The position numbers and the translations under genes are program-made. Positions 9,129 through 19,388 of a stretch of DNA of 64,000 nt are shown here, piece by piece. Origin of the DNA: Bacilli bacterium (lineage in GTDB: Bacteria > Bacillota_I > Bacilli_A > RFN20 > CAG-826); NCBI GenBank assembly GCA_016298185.1, contig JAEDDA010000001.1, positions 15,974 to 79,973 on the forward strand, read 5' to 3'. The notes under the pieces were generated by a model, which saw only the letters and a list, made by a program, of their open reading frames with translations, was not told the origin of the DNA and ran no database searches. How positions within the stretch are numbered: position 1 is the stretch's first letter; each line of letters begins with the position of its first letter.

Positions 9129-11366
9129 ATGAAAGGTTGTAAGATAGTTGTGTATATGGAAAAAAGTAAAGTATTAAAAGTTAATGGTGGATATCCTTTA
9201 CACACATTTGAAGAAGTAGAAGATGTTTATTCTGTTTACATTACTTCTCCTGAAGATAAAGCCAAGATTCGTGAGGCTTATGATTTTATCATGGATAAAC
9301 ATGAAGGTCAGTTAAGAAGAAGTGGTGAACCTTATTACCATCATTTAATTGAAGTTGCTTATATTCTCGCAAATCTCCACTGCGGTCCTAAAACAATTTC
9401 CGCAGGTTTATTACATGATGTCGTGGAAGATACTGAAACCACAATTGAAGACATCAAAAAGAGATGGGGAGAAGAAGTTGCGAGTATTGTTGACTCTTTA
9501 ACCAAGATTCAAAGATTAAAGTTATCAAAGATAACAAGTGAAGAATTTGAAGCTGAAGACCATAGAAAGATCTTCTTAGGTATGGCAAAAGATATTCGTG
9601 TTATCATAATCAAACTCGCTGATAGATTACATAACATGCGCACACTTGATGCGCTTAATCCAGACCGCCAATTAGCGCTTTCCAACGAGACAATGGATGT
9701 TTTTGTGCCGATCGCACACCGCTTAGGTCTTGATGTTATTAAATCTGAGCTTGAAGACTTATGTCTTAAATACTTGCAACCTGATAGATACCAAGAAATC
9801 ATCAAACTTCTTTCCAAGAAAGCTAAGACCATGGGTAAATCCCTTGATAACTTAAAAAAGAAAATCGCGGATATCTTGTTTGAAAACAACATTCCATTTG
9901 ATATCTCTTCTCGTGTCAAATCCATTTATTCGATTTATCGAAAGATGTATATCAAAGGCCATCCATTTGATGAAATTTACGATATTTTAGCTCTTCGTAT
10001 CATTACTCAAACAGAGATTCAATGTTACGAAATCCTCGGCTTAATTCATAAATCATATAAACCAGTTCCTGGACGTTTCAAGGATTATATCGCTATGCCT
10101 AAGGCAAACATGTATCAATCCTTGCATACCACAGTCGTCGGTGGAGATGGAAACTTCTATGAAGTGCAAATTAGAACCGAAGAAATGGATAAGATTGCGG
10201 AAACAGGCATCGCCGCCCACTGGGCATATAAGGAAGGCAATGGCTATAACTCCCGCAAAGAACAACAGGAAATTGAAAACAAACTTCACTGGTTCAGAGA
10301 CTTTGTCTCTATGTCCAATTCTGATGAACATAGCGATGCTAAAGAATACATGGATAACCTTACCCATGACATCTTCGAAGCGAATGTCTATGTCTTCACA
10401 CCAAAAGGAAAAGTCGTGGAACTCCCACAAGGTAGTACTCCAGTTGACTTTGCTTATCACATCCATACCCGTGTTGGTGATACATGTGTCGGCGCACTCG
10501 TTAATGGCGTGATGGTCCCACTTAACACTATTCTTAAAACTGGTGATTTAGTGGAAATTAAAACTAGCAAGAACTCCACACCAAGTGAAGGTTGGCTCGA
10601 CTTTGTTAAATCTAACGCTGCGAAATCCGCATTGAAGAAATACATCGCTAAAAAGAACGCTGAACTCATTAGAGAGGACAAGATTTCCAAAGGAAAACAA
10701 TCTTGTTTAGATGCCTTCCATGATCGTGCTGTCGAAGAAGAAGAGATGATGAAATATCTTGAAGATCCAAAACTTCTCAATCACTTTGGATTCGATAATG
10801 TTGAAGATTTATTCGTCGCCGTTGCTGGAAGAAAGCCAGTTCCAAGTGTGATTATTGATCACTTACATATTAAACGTCCTTTACAACTTCCTACAGGAGG
10901 TAGAGTGAAAACTAAATCCGGTGATAACTGTCCAGTGTATTGCCGTGGTGTTGGTAAGATTGCGATTAACTTATCTAACTGCTGCACACCAATCCCGGGG
11001 GATGACATTGTTGGTTATGTTACCAAAGGTAAAGGTATTGCGGTTCACCGTAAATCCTGCCCAAATGTCGTTAATGAGACACAGAGACTTGTGGAAGTTT
11101 TATGGAGAGATGATATTGAGTTTGCGACTTACCCAGTGGATGTCCTTATCCAAGCGGGTGATAGAAACAACTTAATCGTCGATATTATGAATACGCTTAC
11201 TAATGCGAAGGTGAGTATTAATAACTTACATGCTCGCTTAAATAACGTTGGTGGCGTGGATATCAGTGCAACGCTCATGGTGAGCGATGCTAAAAGACTT
11301 AACGATGTATTTAACATCTTAAGATCTGTAAATGGTGTTTACTCCATCACAAGAGTAACTCACTAA
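9129..11366 (+). CDS. rel: Bifunctional (p)ppGpp synthetase/hydrolase Rel (HD hydrolase, synthetase, TGS, ACT domains)
   Basis: HD motif HHLIEVAYIL...LLHDVVEDT, RSGEPY, synthetase core, C-terminal TGS/ACT. Alternative start at ATG 9156 (MEKSKV) gives a more typical N-terminal length. Confidence 0.85.
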   Translation: MKGCKIVVYMEKSKVLKVNGGYPLHTFEEVEDVYSVYITSPEDKAKIREAYDFIMDKHEGQLRRSGEPYYHHLIEVAYILANLHCGPKTISAGLLHDVVEDTETTIEDIKKRWGEEVASIVDSLTKIQRLKLSKITSEEFEAEDHRKIFLGMAKDIRVIIIKLADRLHNMRTLDALNPDRQLALSNETMDVFVPIAHRLGLDVIKSELEDLCLKYLQPDRYQEIIKLLSKKAKTMGKSLDNLKKKIADILFENNIPFDISSRVKSIYSIYRKMYIKGHPFDEIYDILALRIITQTEIQCYEILGLIHKSYKPVPGRFKDYIAMPKANMYQSLHTTVVGGDGNFYEVQIRTEEMDKIAETGIAAHWAYKEGNGYNSRKEQQEIENKLHWFRDFVSMSNSDEHSDAKEYMDNLTHDIFEANVYVFTPKGKVVELPQGSTPVDFAYHIHTRVGDTCVGALVNGVMVPLNTILKTGDLVEIKTSKNSTPSEGWLDFVKSNAAKSALKKYIAKKNAELIREDKISKGKQSCLDAFHDRAVEEEEMMKYLEDPKLLNHFGFDNVEDLFVAVAGRKPVPSVIIDHLHIKRPLQLPTGGRVKTKSGDNCPVYCRGVGKIAINLSNCCTPIPGDDIVGYVTKGKGIAVHRKSCPNVVNETQRLVEVLWRDDIEFATYPVDVLIQAGDRNNLIVDIMNTLTNAKVSINNLHARLNNVGGVDISATLMVSDAKRLNDVFNILRSVNGVYSITRVTH

Positions 11367-11397
11367 TTAATAAATTAATTACGAAAGGAAATATATT

Positions 11398-12744
11398 ATG
11401 GGAATTATCAATGTTAAAGGTACACACGATATCATTGGTGGCGAAGCAGAAAACTACTCATATGTTGAAAACGTCATGAGTCAAATCGCTTCTTTCTTTG
11501 CTTTTAAACAAGTGAGACCTCCAGTGCTTGAGCATAGCGAATTATTCGTTCGCGGTGTTGGTGAAAGCAGCGATGTCGTCAGAAAAGAGATGTACACTTT
11601 TGACGATAAAGGTGGAAGAAGTTTAACCCTTCGTCCAGAATTTACCGCAGGTATTATGCGTTTAATCGTGCAAAACAAACTTTTGCCTATTAGTGAATTA
11701 CCACTTAAGTTTTATTATTGCGGACCAGTCTTCCGTTATGAAAGACCACAATTAGGTAGATACCGCCAATTCAATCAATTTGGCGTGGAGTCCGTAGGAC
11801 ATGCTTCTCCATACGCTGACGTGGAAGTTATTTCCTTAGCCTATACAATTCTTCAAAGCTTAGGATTACAAAACGTCACCATTAAGATTAACACCTTAGG
11901 TGATGAAGCTTCTCGTGATGCTTATCGTTCTGCTCTTAAAGATTTCTTTAAGGATAAGGTCGAAAACATGTGTGAAGACTGCAGAATGAGATATCAAATC
12001 AATCCATTAAGAATCTTAGACTGCAAAGTTCCAAGCGATCAAGAAATCGTCAAAGACGCTCCAAAGATGAGTGCTTATATTTCTGAAGCTAGCCAAAAGA
12101 GATTCTCACAAGTATTAGAATCCTTAGAAGCGCTTGGAATACCTTACGAAGTAGATGATACTTTAGTTCGTGGTTTGGACTATTATAGTGAAACTGTATT
12201 CGAATTCCATTACGTTAGTAATAAAGGCAACAACTACGGCGCTATCGGTGCTGGTGGACACTATGACAAATTAGTTCATGAAATTGGTGGACCAGATGCT
12301 CCAGGTGTTGGTTTTAGCTTTGGCGTAGAAAGACTTGTCAGTGTATTAACTGATGATGGCTTATTAGAAGAAGCTAATGAAAGAGTTGATGCTTACGTTA
12401 TGCCTATTGGTATCGAAAGTCAAAAGAATGCCTTAATGGTGGCAAACGACTTACGTATGCTCGGATATAAGGTGGACATGTGCTATGACAACGTCAAACT
12501 CGGAAACATGTTCAAACGCGCTGAAAAGAAACAAGCAAAGCTTGCTATCATTCTCGGCGAAGAAGAAATTAAAAACGAATCCGTCATTATCAAGAACATG
12601 GAAAGCAAGGAACAAATTACTGTTTCTTTAGAAGAAATGTGCGATAAAGTTGACGAATTATTCGTTGTTAAACATTGCTGTGGCAAACATCATCACCACG
12701 AATGTGAATGCTGCCAAGGCGAAGAATGTGAGAAAGGGGAATAG
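11398..12744 (+). CDS. hisS: Histidine--tRNA ligase with unusual Cys/His-rich C-terminal tail
   Basis: Class II aaRS motifs and HisRS anticodon-binding domain. C-terminus ...VVKHCCGKHHHHECECCQGEECEKGE. Confidence 0.9.
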   Translation: MGIINVKGTHDIIGGEAENYSYVENVMSQIASFFAFKQVRPPVLEHSELFVRGVGESSDVVRKEMYTFDDKGGRSLTLRPEFTAGIMRLIVQNKLLPISELPLKFYYCGPVFRYERPQLGRYRQFNQFGVESVGHASPYADVEVISLAYTILQSLGLQNVTIKINTLGDEASRDAYRSALKDFFKDKVENMCEDCRMRYQINPLRILDCKVPSDQEIVKDAPKMSAYISEASQKRFSQVLESLEALGIPYEVDDTLVRGLDYYSETVFEFHYVSNKGNNYGAIGAGGHYDKLVHEIGGPDAPGVGFSFGVERLVSVLTDDGLLEEANERVDAYVMPIGIESQKNALMVANDLRMLGYKVDMCYDNVKLGNMFKRAEKKQAKLAIILGEEEIKNESVIIKNMESKEQITVSLEEMCDKVDELFVVKHCCGKHHHHECECCQGEECEKGE

Positions 12745-12750
12745 TTCTAT

Positions 12751-14481
12751 ATGGAAAGAACTTGTCGTAATACCGAGCTCTCATTACAAGATGTCGGTAG
12801 AAAAGTCACCCTATTAGGGTGGGTAGCCAAAAGAAGAAATTTAGGCTCCATTTTATTCATTGATTTAAGAGACCGTTCAGGCATTATCCAAATCATGGTT
12901 AAAGATGCCGAAAATGTCCCTGATATTAGAAATGAATATGTCATTCAAGTTAAAGGCACAGTTAGCAAGAAAGAAGTCGCTAACCCAAACCTTAAGACTG
13001 GTGCGATTGAAATTATTGCTGATGAAATAGTCGTGGTGAACACTGCGAAATTAACACCAATCATCGTTGCTGATGATACCGATGCTCTTGAAGATACAAG
13101 ACTTAAATACAGATATCTCGATTTACGTAGACCATGTATGCAAAAGTATTTTGATATCCGTGACCAAATTAAGATTTCGGTTCATAGTTATTTGCACAAA
13201 CTTCAATTTATTGAAGTTGAAACACCTATGTTATGCGCATCATCACCTGAAGGCGCAAAAGAATATTTGGTGCCATCAAGATTACATCATGGTTCATTCT
13301 ATGCTTTGCCACAAAGCCCACAAATGTTTAAACAACTTTTGATGGTGGCGGGTTTTGAAAGATATTATCAAATCGCGCGTTGCTTCCGTGACGAAGATTT
13401 ACGTGCAGATAGACAGCCAGACTTCACACAAATCGATATTGAAACTTCCTTCTTAGATCAAAACCAATTCTTAGAGATGATGGAAGGTTTAATTCATGAA
13501 ATATTCATGAACACAATCGGTTATGATGTGAAATTACCACTCCGTCAAATGCCTTATAAAGAAGCAATGGAGAGATTTGGTAGCGATAAACCAGATACCA
13601 GATTTGGTATTGAACTCAAAGACTTAAAAGAAGTCTTTAAAGATACAACATTTGAAGCTTATAAGACCGCAGAAGCCATTAAAGGTATTTGCGTGCCGGG
13701 TGTTGCTGCGGAAACAAGCCGTAAAGTTATCGATAATTTAACCCTTGAAGCGAAGAAGTTCGGTTTGGGCGGTTTAGCGGTCCTTAAAAAGGAAAACGGG
13801 GAATTAACCGGATCATTTGTAAAATTCCTTTCTGAGGCGGAAAAAGTGGCCCTAATTAATAAATTAGAAGTTAACGATGGTGACATTTTAATCATTTCCG
13901 CAGGTGCATATAATCGTGTCACCCCATTATTAGGCGCGTTGCGTTTACAATATGGCAAAAAACTCGGCCTTATTAAACCAGGCACCTATGACTTATTATG
14001 GGTCATTGACTTCCCAATGTTTGAAAGAGATGTCGAAAGCGGCGAGATTGTCGCTACACACCATCCATTCACTCGTCCAAAGGACGAAGATGTCAAATAC
14101 TTAGATACTGACCCAACCAAAGTTATTTCATACGCATACGATATTGTTATCAACGGCTATGAAGCAGGCGGCGGAACACTTCGTATTTATAACCAAGATG
14201 TCCAAAAGAAAATCTTCAATATTCTCGGTTTAAGTGATGCAGAAGTAGAAAAGAAGTTTGGTTACTTCGTAAATGCTTTACAATATGGCACACCTCCACA
14301 CGCAGGTATGGCCTTCGGTTTAGATAGGCTTGCAATGATTCTCGGTGGCACAGATAACATCCGTGATGTCATCGCCTTCCCAAAGAATTTAGCAGGCGTC
14401 GACCCAATGAGTATGGCACCAACCGAAGTGACTGCTCAACAACTCGAAGATTTAGGCATTGTCATTAAGGACAAAGACTAA
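12751..14481 (+). CDS. aspS: Aspartate--tRNA ligase
   Basis: N-terminal OB fold (TLLGWVAKRRNLGSILFIDLRDRSG), class II core, FGLDRLAMIL motif 3. Confidence 0.9.
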   Translation: MERTCRNTELSLQDVGRKVTLLGWVAKRRNLGSILFIDLRDRSGIIQIMVKDAENVPDIRNEYVIQVKGTVSKKEVANPNLKTGAIEIIADEIVVVNTAKLTPIIVADDTDALEDTRLKYRYLDLRRPCMQKYFDIRDQIKISVHSYLHKLQFIEVETPMLCASSPEGAKEYLVPSRLHHGSFYALPQSPQMFKQLLMVAGFERYYQIARCFRDEDLRADRQPDFTQIDIETSFLDQNQFLEMMEGLIHEIFMNTIGYDVKLPLRQMPYKEAMERFGSDKPDTRFGIELKDLKEVFKDTTFEAYKTAEAIKGICVPGVAAETSRKVIDNLTLEAKKFGLGGLAVLKKENGELTGSFVKFLSEAEKVALINKLEVNDGDILIISAGAYNRVTPLLGALRLQYGKKLGLIKPGTYDLLWVIDFPMFERDVESGEIVATHHPFTRPKDEDVKYLDTDPTKVISYAYDIVINGYEAGGGTLRIYNQDVQKKIFNILGLSDAEVEKKFGYFVNALQYGTPPHAGMAFGLDRLAMILGGTDNIRDVIAFPKNLAGVDPMSMAPTEVTAQQLEDLGIVIKDKD

Positions 14482-14510
14482 ATTATAAACAAAGTTTATA
14501 CAAAAACTGA

Positions 14511-14536
14511 TAATATACTAAAAATATACTAATAAA
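14511..14536 (-). repeat. Copy E of AT-rich TTAGTA-family short repeat (tandem aatatactaa units; minus strand reads ttattagtatatt)
   Basis: Shares exact 13-mer aatatactaataa with 28808-28820 and 11-mer taatatactaa with 28807-28817. Confidence 0.5.
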
Positions 14537-14548
14537 GGAGTATGAAAA

Positions 14549-16525
14549 ATGAACAAAAAAATTGACGAACTATCAGTGGCAACCATCAGATCTTTATGTA
14601 TCGATACCATTAACAAAGCCAATTCTGGTCACCCAGGTATGGCCTTAGGCAGTGCGCCTATTTTGTACACATTATGGACACGCCATTTAGTCGCTGATCC
14701 AAAAGACTCAGAATGGTTCAACCGTGACCGTTTCGTATTATCCGCAGGTCATGCTTCCTCATTGTTATATACAATGTTACACTTATCCGGATACGAAGTG
14801 AGCCTCGATGATTTAAAACAATTCCGTCAACTCGGTTCTTTAACACCAGGCCACCCAGAATATCACTGGACAAAAGGTGTTGATGCCACAAGTGGTCCTT
14901 TAGGACAAGGTATTGCTCAAGCCGTTGGTATGGCTATGGCTGAAGAAAGCGTTAGAGCCAATTATCCAGACGGTGAAAAGGTCATGAACCATTACACATA
15001 CGTCTTATGCGGCGACGGTTGCTTACAAGAAGGCATTTCTCAAGAAGCCATCTCATTAGCAGGTCACCAAAAATTAAATAAATTAATTTTATTCTATGAC
15101 GCCAACCAAGTTACACTCGATGGTGCTCTCGACTTATCATTCTCTGAACAAGTTAAAGCTCGTTTCATCGCTAGTGAATGGAATGTTTTAGAAGTTAACG
15201 ATGGCAATGACATCGAAGCTATCGATAAAGCAATCGTAGAAGCTAAGAAGAGCAAGGAAAAGCCAACCATGATTCTTGTCCACACCGTTATCGGTTATGG
15301 TTCTGCAAAACAAGGAACAAGCAAAGTCCATGGTTCTCCATTAGGAGCAGAAGATGGCAAACACGCCAAAGTCGAAGTTTACGGATTTGACCACCCAGAC
15401 TTCTTTATTCCTGAAGAAGTTAAGGAACAATTTGAAAAAACATTCATCGCTCGTGGTACAAAAGCACACGAAGAATATCTCAAAGCATTTGAAGATTATT
15501 CCGCTAAACACAAAGATGACGCTGCGAGATTTAAATCCTTAATCAATCTCAGTGTTGATGGATATTTACCTAAGGTAATGCCAGAATTCGACGCTGGTAG
15601 TTCAACCTCAACACGTGTTGCTTCTGGTAAAGCACTCAATGCATATATGCTCAACTTGCCAAACTTAGTTGGTGGTAGTGCTGACGTCGCTGGTTCAGTT
15701 ATGACCAAACTCGATGGCGGTATCGACTTCACACCTTCTCATAGAGAAGGACACAATGTGAACTGGGGTATTCGCGAATTCGCAATGGCGAGCGCACAAA
15801 ATGGTATGCTCCTCCATGGTGGCTTACGTACATATGTTGGCTGCTTTGCAGTCTTTGCTGACTACATGAAAGCCGCAATCCGTATGGCAGCATTAAGCCA
15901 TTTACCAGCTATCTACTTATTCTCACATGACTCAATCGCTGTCGGTGAAGATGGTCCAACACATCAACCAATCGAGCAATTAGCTATGCTAAGAAGTATT
16001 CCAAATATGCGTGTTATCCGTCCATGTGACGAAAGAGAAACCTACGCCGCTTGGTGCGAAGCTCTTAAATCCACAAAGACACCAACCGCATTAATTCTCT
16101 CTAGACAAAACCTCCCATTGATGGAAGGTAGTTCAGCTGAAGGATTATCTAAAGGCGCATACATCGTTTCTAAAGAAAACAATAAAGCACAATTAGAATT
16201 AATCGCTACAGGTAGTGAAGTCAGTTTGGCGGTGGAAGCTCAAAAACTTCTAAAAGAAGATGGCATTGATGTAAGAGTTATTTCCATGCCAAGCTGGGAA
16301 TTATTCGCTGAGCAAAGTGAAGAATACAAGAAATCCGTCCTTTCCCTAGATTTGGACAAGAGAGTTTCTGTGGAAATGCTCTCTACATTTGGATGGGATA
16401 GATATGCAAAGCATCATATGGGTATTGATACATTCGGTGCATCTGCACCTGCAAAAGATGTGATCGGCAAATTCGAATTCACACCAGCCAAACTCGTTGA
16501 ACTTTGCAAGAGCATCGTTAAATAA
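14549..16525 (+). CDS. tkt: Transketolase
   Basis: TPP-binding GHPG motif and HxxxxxGxxGPTHQ-type motifs. 658 aa. Confidence 0.9.
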   Translation: MNKKIDELSVATIRSLCIDTINKANSGHPGMALGSAPILYTLWTRHLVADPKDSEWFNRDRFVLSAGHASSLLYTMLHLSGYEVSLDDLKQFRQLGSLTPGHPEYHWTKGVDATSGPLGQGIAQAVGMAMAEESVRANYPDGEKVMNHYTYVLCGDGCLQEGISQEAISLAGHQKLNKLILFYDANQVTLDGALDLSFSEQVKARFIASEWNVLEVNDGNDIEAIDKAIVEAKKSKEKPTMILVHTVIGYGSAKQGTSKVHGSPLGAEDGKHAKVEVYGFDHPDFFIPEEVKEQFEKTFIARGTKAHEEYLKAFEDYSAKHKDDAARFKSLINLSVDGYLPKVMPEFDAGSSTSTRVASGKALNAYMLNLPNLVGGSADVAGSVMTKLDGGIDFTPSHREGHNVNWGIREFAMASAQNGMLLHGGLRTYVGCFAVFADYMKAAIRMAALSHLPAIYLFSHDSIAVGEDGPTHQPIEQLAMLRSIPNMRVIRPCDERETYAAWCEALKSTKTPTALILSRQNLPLMEGSSAEGLSKGAYIVSKENNKAQLELIATGSEVSLAVEAQKLLKEDGIDVRVISMPSWELFAEQSEEYKKSVLSLDLDKRVSVEMLSTFGWDRYAKHHMGIDTFGASAPAKDVIGKFEFTPAKLVELCKSIVK

Positions 16526-16544
16526 CGATTAAATAAAAATAAAG

Positions 16545-16572
16545 AAGCAGTGGTTCATCCATTGCTTTTTTT
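16545..16572 (+). terminator. Rho-independent terminator after tkt
   Basis: AAGCAGTGG / ttcat / CCATTGCTT (9 bp, one G-U) followed by TTTTTTT. Confidence 0.6.
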
Positions 16573-16646
16573 ATTTAATAAATGAAAAAACGTGTTTTGT
16601 TGCTTGTTTTCTATATTTAATATATAGTATGTAAGAGGCAACAGTT

Positions 16647-16988
16647 ATGGCAAATTACGTTTACTTAGATGACTATTCCAAAAAAGGCAAACTCGGTATT
16701 TCCTACCGTGTTTTTGACCAACTAGTCACATCTGCATTAATGAAAATTAAAGGCATCTCTAAATCCGAAAAACTAATGAAGAGATTCCAATTCATGAGAC
16801 TTAATAAACCAGTACAAACATATATCCTTAGAGATATCGTCTATGTTTTAATTTATGTCGATGTTGCCAAAGGCAAGAACATTCAAGATGCCATCTCTGA
16901 GATTCAAAAAGAAGTTTATAATTCCCTCTTTTTAATCACAGAACAAGTTCCTGTTAATGTCCAAGTGAGAGTGGAATCGATTATTTAA
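16647..16988 (+). CDS. Asp23/Gls24-family alkaline shock protein
   Basis: 113 aa. Family-typical length and sequence. Position upstream of nusB-xseA as B. subtilis yqhY. Confidence 0.7.
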   Translation: MANYVYLDDYSKKGKLGISYRVFDQLVTSALMKIKGISKSEKLMKRFQFMRLNKPVQTYILRDIVYVLIYVDVAKGKNIQDAISEIQKEVYNSLFLITEQVPVNVQVRVESII

Positions 16989-16989
16989 G

Positions 16990-17607
16990 ATGGGTATTTT
17001 TCGAAGAAAAAAAGAAGCATCATATGTCGATTTGCACAACAACGCGGTAATTAAATATCGTCGTGCCGCTCGAACTTTTATTTGGGCGGGTATAGTGAAC
17101 TTCGTCGGTTTAATTATCGGTGTGGTTCAACATTACACAATCGAAGCTAATGCTGATCAGCCAATTCCATTCTATTTCTGTTTTGGACTTAATGATTTTC
17201 TCTTCAGTTGGTTCGAATCATTCAATATGCCTATCGCATTATTCTGGGTGCTTGCGAGCCTGATTGCTTTAGCAACAACTGCAGGAGCGGTCTTATTAGG
17301 CGTATACGCAGCAATGGGAAAAAAGAAAATTCTTATCGCTATGATCTCCGCTTATGGAATTGACTGGCTATTCTTGATATTAAAAAGCACTCTCTTCTTT
17401 GCTAGAGACGGGTTGTTTGGATTGTTTATTAATCTCGGCATTCATGTCATCATCTCATTCTTCATCATTGTCGCGGTTTATCAGTTCTACAATGTTATAA
17501 ACATTGAAAAGAGATTCAAAGATATCCCAACCGTCGCAGAAGTAAAAGCGAGACAAGAGCAAGAGAAGAAAGAAAGTGAGGAAAAAGAAAATGAGCATCA
17601 ATCGTAA
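16990..17607 (+). CDS. Hypothetical membrane protein (about 4 TM) with Lys/Glu-rich C-terminus, co-located with Asp23
   Basis: Hydrophobic helices. Begins 2 nt after the Asp23 gene. May be an Asp23 membrane-anchor-type partner. Confidence 0.5.
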   Translation: MGIFRRKKEASYVDLHNNAVIKYRRAARTFIWAGIVNFVGLIIGVVQHYTIEANADQPIPFYFCFGLNDFLFSWFESFNMPIALFWVLASLIALATTAGAVLLGVYAAMGKKKILIAMISAYGIDWLFLILKSTLFFARDGLFGLFINLGIHVIISFFIIVAVYQFYNVINIEKRFKDIPTVAEVKARQEQEKKESEEKENEHQS

Positions 17608-18007
17608 TCAACAACACTATATAATCATGACCGTTATTTATAACGAACTTAATGACTTCGCTATGAACGGTGGAAAGGTTTTTCGTGACGCTCGCGATTT
17701 AACAAGCGAATTATGCGAGATGCCGTATGAAGAAGTTGATAATTTTATCAAACAATCAATTGCTGCTTCTTTACAAAACTATGGTGAGATTGTGAAAGCT
17801 TACATTCCATACCTCAAGAACTGGACTTGGGATAGACTCCCATTATTAACCAGAGCCATTTTAGTGATGTCATACGCTCACTTCTACTATGTAGAAAAAG
17901 TGGAAAAGAAAATTGTTATTAATACCGCTGTTTCATTAGCGAAAAAATATATCGAAGAAAAACAAGCTAAGTTTATAAACGCAATTCTTGATGGAGTTCT
18001 CAAATAG
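17591..18007 (+). CDS. nusB: Transcription antitermination factor NusB
   Basis: NusB helical fold motifs (RLPLLTRAILVMSYAHFYY...AKFINAILDGV). ATG 17591 has a GAGG RBS 10 nt upstream; the listed GTG 17576 is unlikely. Confidence 0.7.
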   Translation: MSINRNQQHYIIMTVIYNELNDFAMNGGKVFRDARDLTSELCEMPYEEVDNFIKQSIAASLQNYGEIVKAYIPYLKNWTWDRLPLLTRAILVMSYAHFYYVEKVEKKIVINTAVSLAKKYIEEKQAKFINAILDGVLK

Positions 18008-19144
18008 ATGATCGGTGAACGCAACATTTATTCAGTTAGTGATATTAACCGTTATATCAAATCCGTCATATCTCAAGATGAGAACCTAAAATTCATATCT
18101 GTGAGAGGAGAACTAAGTAACTTCAAGCACGGTGCTAACGGTCATCTTTATTTTTCTTTGAAAGATAAAGACTCACTTATCAACTGCGCGATGTTTGCGA
18201 CATATGCGAATAAATTGATCTTCGAGCCAAAAGATGGTGATGAAGTCGTGGTTCTCGCTAGTGTCGATGTCTATACCGCTAGAGGAACATATCAATTAAT
18301 TGCTTATGAAATGAACCAAGTTGGACAAGGCGAAATGCTTATCCGATTAGAAATGCTCAAGAAACAGCTCCAAAAAGAAGGTCTCTTCGACGTTTCTAAA
18401 AAAAGAGATATAAATATCTATCCTCGTTCCATTGGTGTTATAACCGCGAAGAATGGTGCGGCAATCAAAGATATTGTTACTAATATTAAACGCCGCTATC
18501 CAATCGCTGATATTTATTTTTTCCCAAGCGCGGTTCAAGGCGAATCTGCACCTAAGGAATTATTAAAAGCCTTCCTAAAATCGCAAGAATACGATTTAGA
18601 CACACTCATCATTGGGCGTGGCGGGGGCGCAAGTGAAGATTTAAGCGCATTTAACGACGAAACCTTGGTAAGGGCGATTGCTAATAGCAAAATGCCAGTT
18701 ATTGCTGCCGTTGGGCATGAAATTGACGTTACTCTCGTAGATTATGTCGCAGATAAACGCGCCAGTACACCTACAGGAGCCGCTGAACTTTCAACAGTAG
18801 ATATGCGTGAGATTATCCAGAAATTTCAAGATTCTATTGAAACCATGAACAGCGCTCTCAAAGACCAAGTTGAAGATATGAAAGAAGATGTAGCTTCACT
18901 TAGTGAAGAATTACATGAAGCTATGCAAGATAAACTAGATTACCTAGCTAGAGAAATAAAAAGTCGTAAGGATCAACTAGAAGCGTTGAATCCAAAGCAG
19001 GTATTAAATCGCGGATATTCAATATCCATGAATGAAAAAGGCCAAGTTATCTCCTCTATTAAAGATTTAAAACCTGGCGAAAAGATTAAAACATCCTTAA
19101 AGGATGGTAATGTTACAAGTACAGTGACAAGCGTGGAGGATTAA
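18008..19144 (+). CDS. xseA: Exodeoxyribonuclease VII large subunit
   Basis: N-terminal OB fold, catalytic domain, C-terminal coiled coil. Confidence 0.85.
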   Translation: MIGERNIYSVSDINRYIKSVISQDENLKFISVRGELSNFKHGANGHLYFSLKDKDSLINCAMFATYANKLIFEPKDGDEVVVLASVDVYTARGTYQLIAYEMNQVGQGEMLIRLEMLKKQLQKEGLFDVSKKRDINIYPRSIGVITAKNGAAIKDIVTNIKRRYPIADIYFFPSAVQGESAPKELLKAFLKSQEYDLDTLIIGRGGGASEDLSAFNDETLVRAIANSKMPVIAAVGHEIDVTLVDYVADKRASTPTGAAELSTVDMREIIQKFQDSIETMNSALKDQVEDMKEDVASLSEELHEAMQDKLDYLAREIKSRKDQLEALNPKQVLNRGYSISMNEKGQVISSIKDLKPGEKIKTSLKDGNVTSTVTSVED

Positions 19145-19147
19145 AAT

Positions 19148-19348
19148 ATGAGTGAAAAGAAATTAGACTTCGCAAAAGAAATTGAAAGATTAGATGAGAT
19201 TGTAAATGAAGTTTCCTCTAAAGCTTTACCATTAGAAGAAAGCCTCAAATTATATGAAGAAGGCACTAAGATTATCAAGAAACTTGAAGGCGCGTTACAA
19301 GAGGCATCTGAAAAAGTGGAACAAATTGTAAGTATCGAAGATAAGTAA
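19148..19348 (+). CDS. xseB: Exodeoxyribonuclease VII small subunit
   Basis: 66-aa helical protein immediately after xseA. Confidence 0.75.
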   Translation: MSEKKLDFAKEIERLDEIVNEVSSKALPLEESLKLYEEGTKIIKKLEGALQEASEKVEQIVSIEDK

Positions 19349-19360
19349 TTGAAAATAGTA

Positions 19361-19380
19361 AATTATTAGTAGATTATTAG
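19361..19380 (+). repeat. Copy A of AT-rich TTAGTA-family short repeat (aattattag-tag-attattag)
   Basis: Exact 16-mer attagtagattattag shared with 34385-34400. 15-mer also on the minus strand at 28814-28828. Confidence 0.55.
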
Positions 19381-19388
19381 CATAGGTT

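Noticed and set aside
10053-11317. Several antisense and overlapping ORFs of 60-140 aa inside rel, dnaK, parC, sigA and others
   Set aside because: They lie entirely within well-supported genes on the opposite strand or in another frame and have low-complexity translations and no RBS. They are spurious ORFs typical of AT-rich sequence.
17205-17230. GGTTCGAATC tRNA T-arm-like sequence
   Set aside because: It lies inside the 16990-17607 coding region (encodes SWFESFNM) and has no surrounding cloverleaf. It is a coincidental match.
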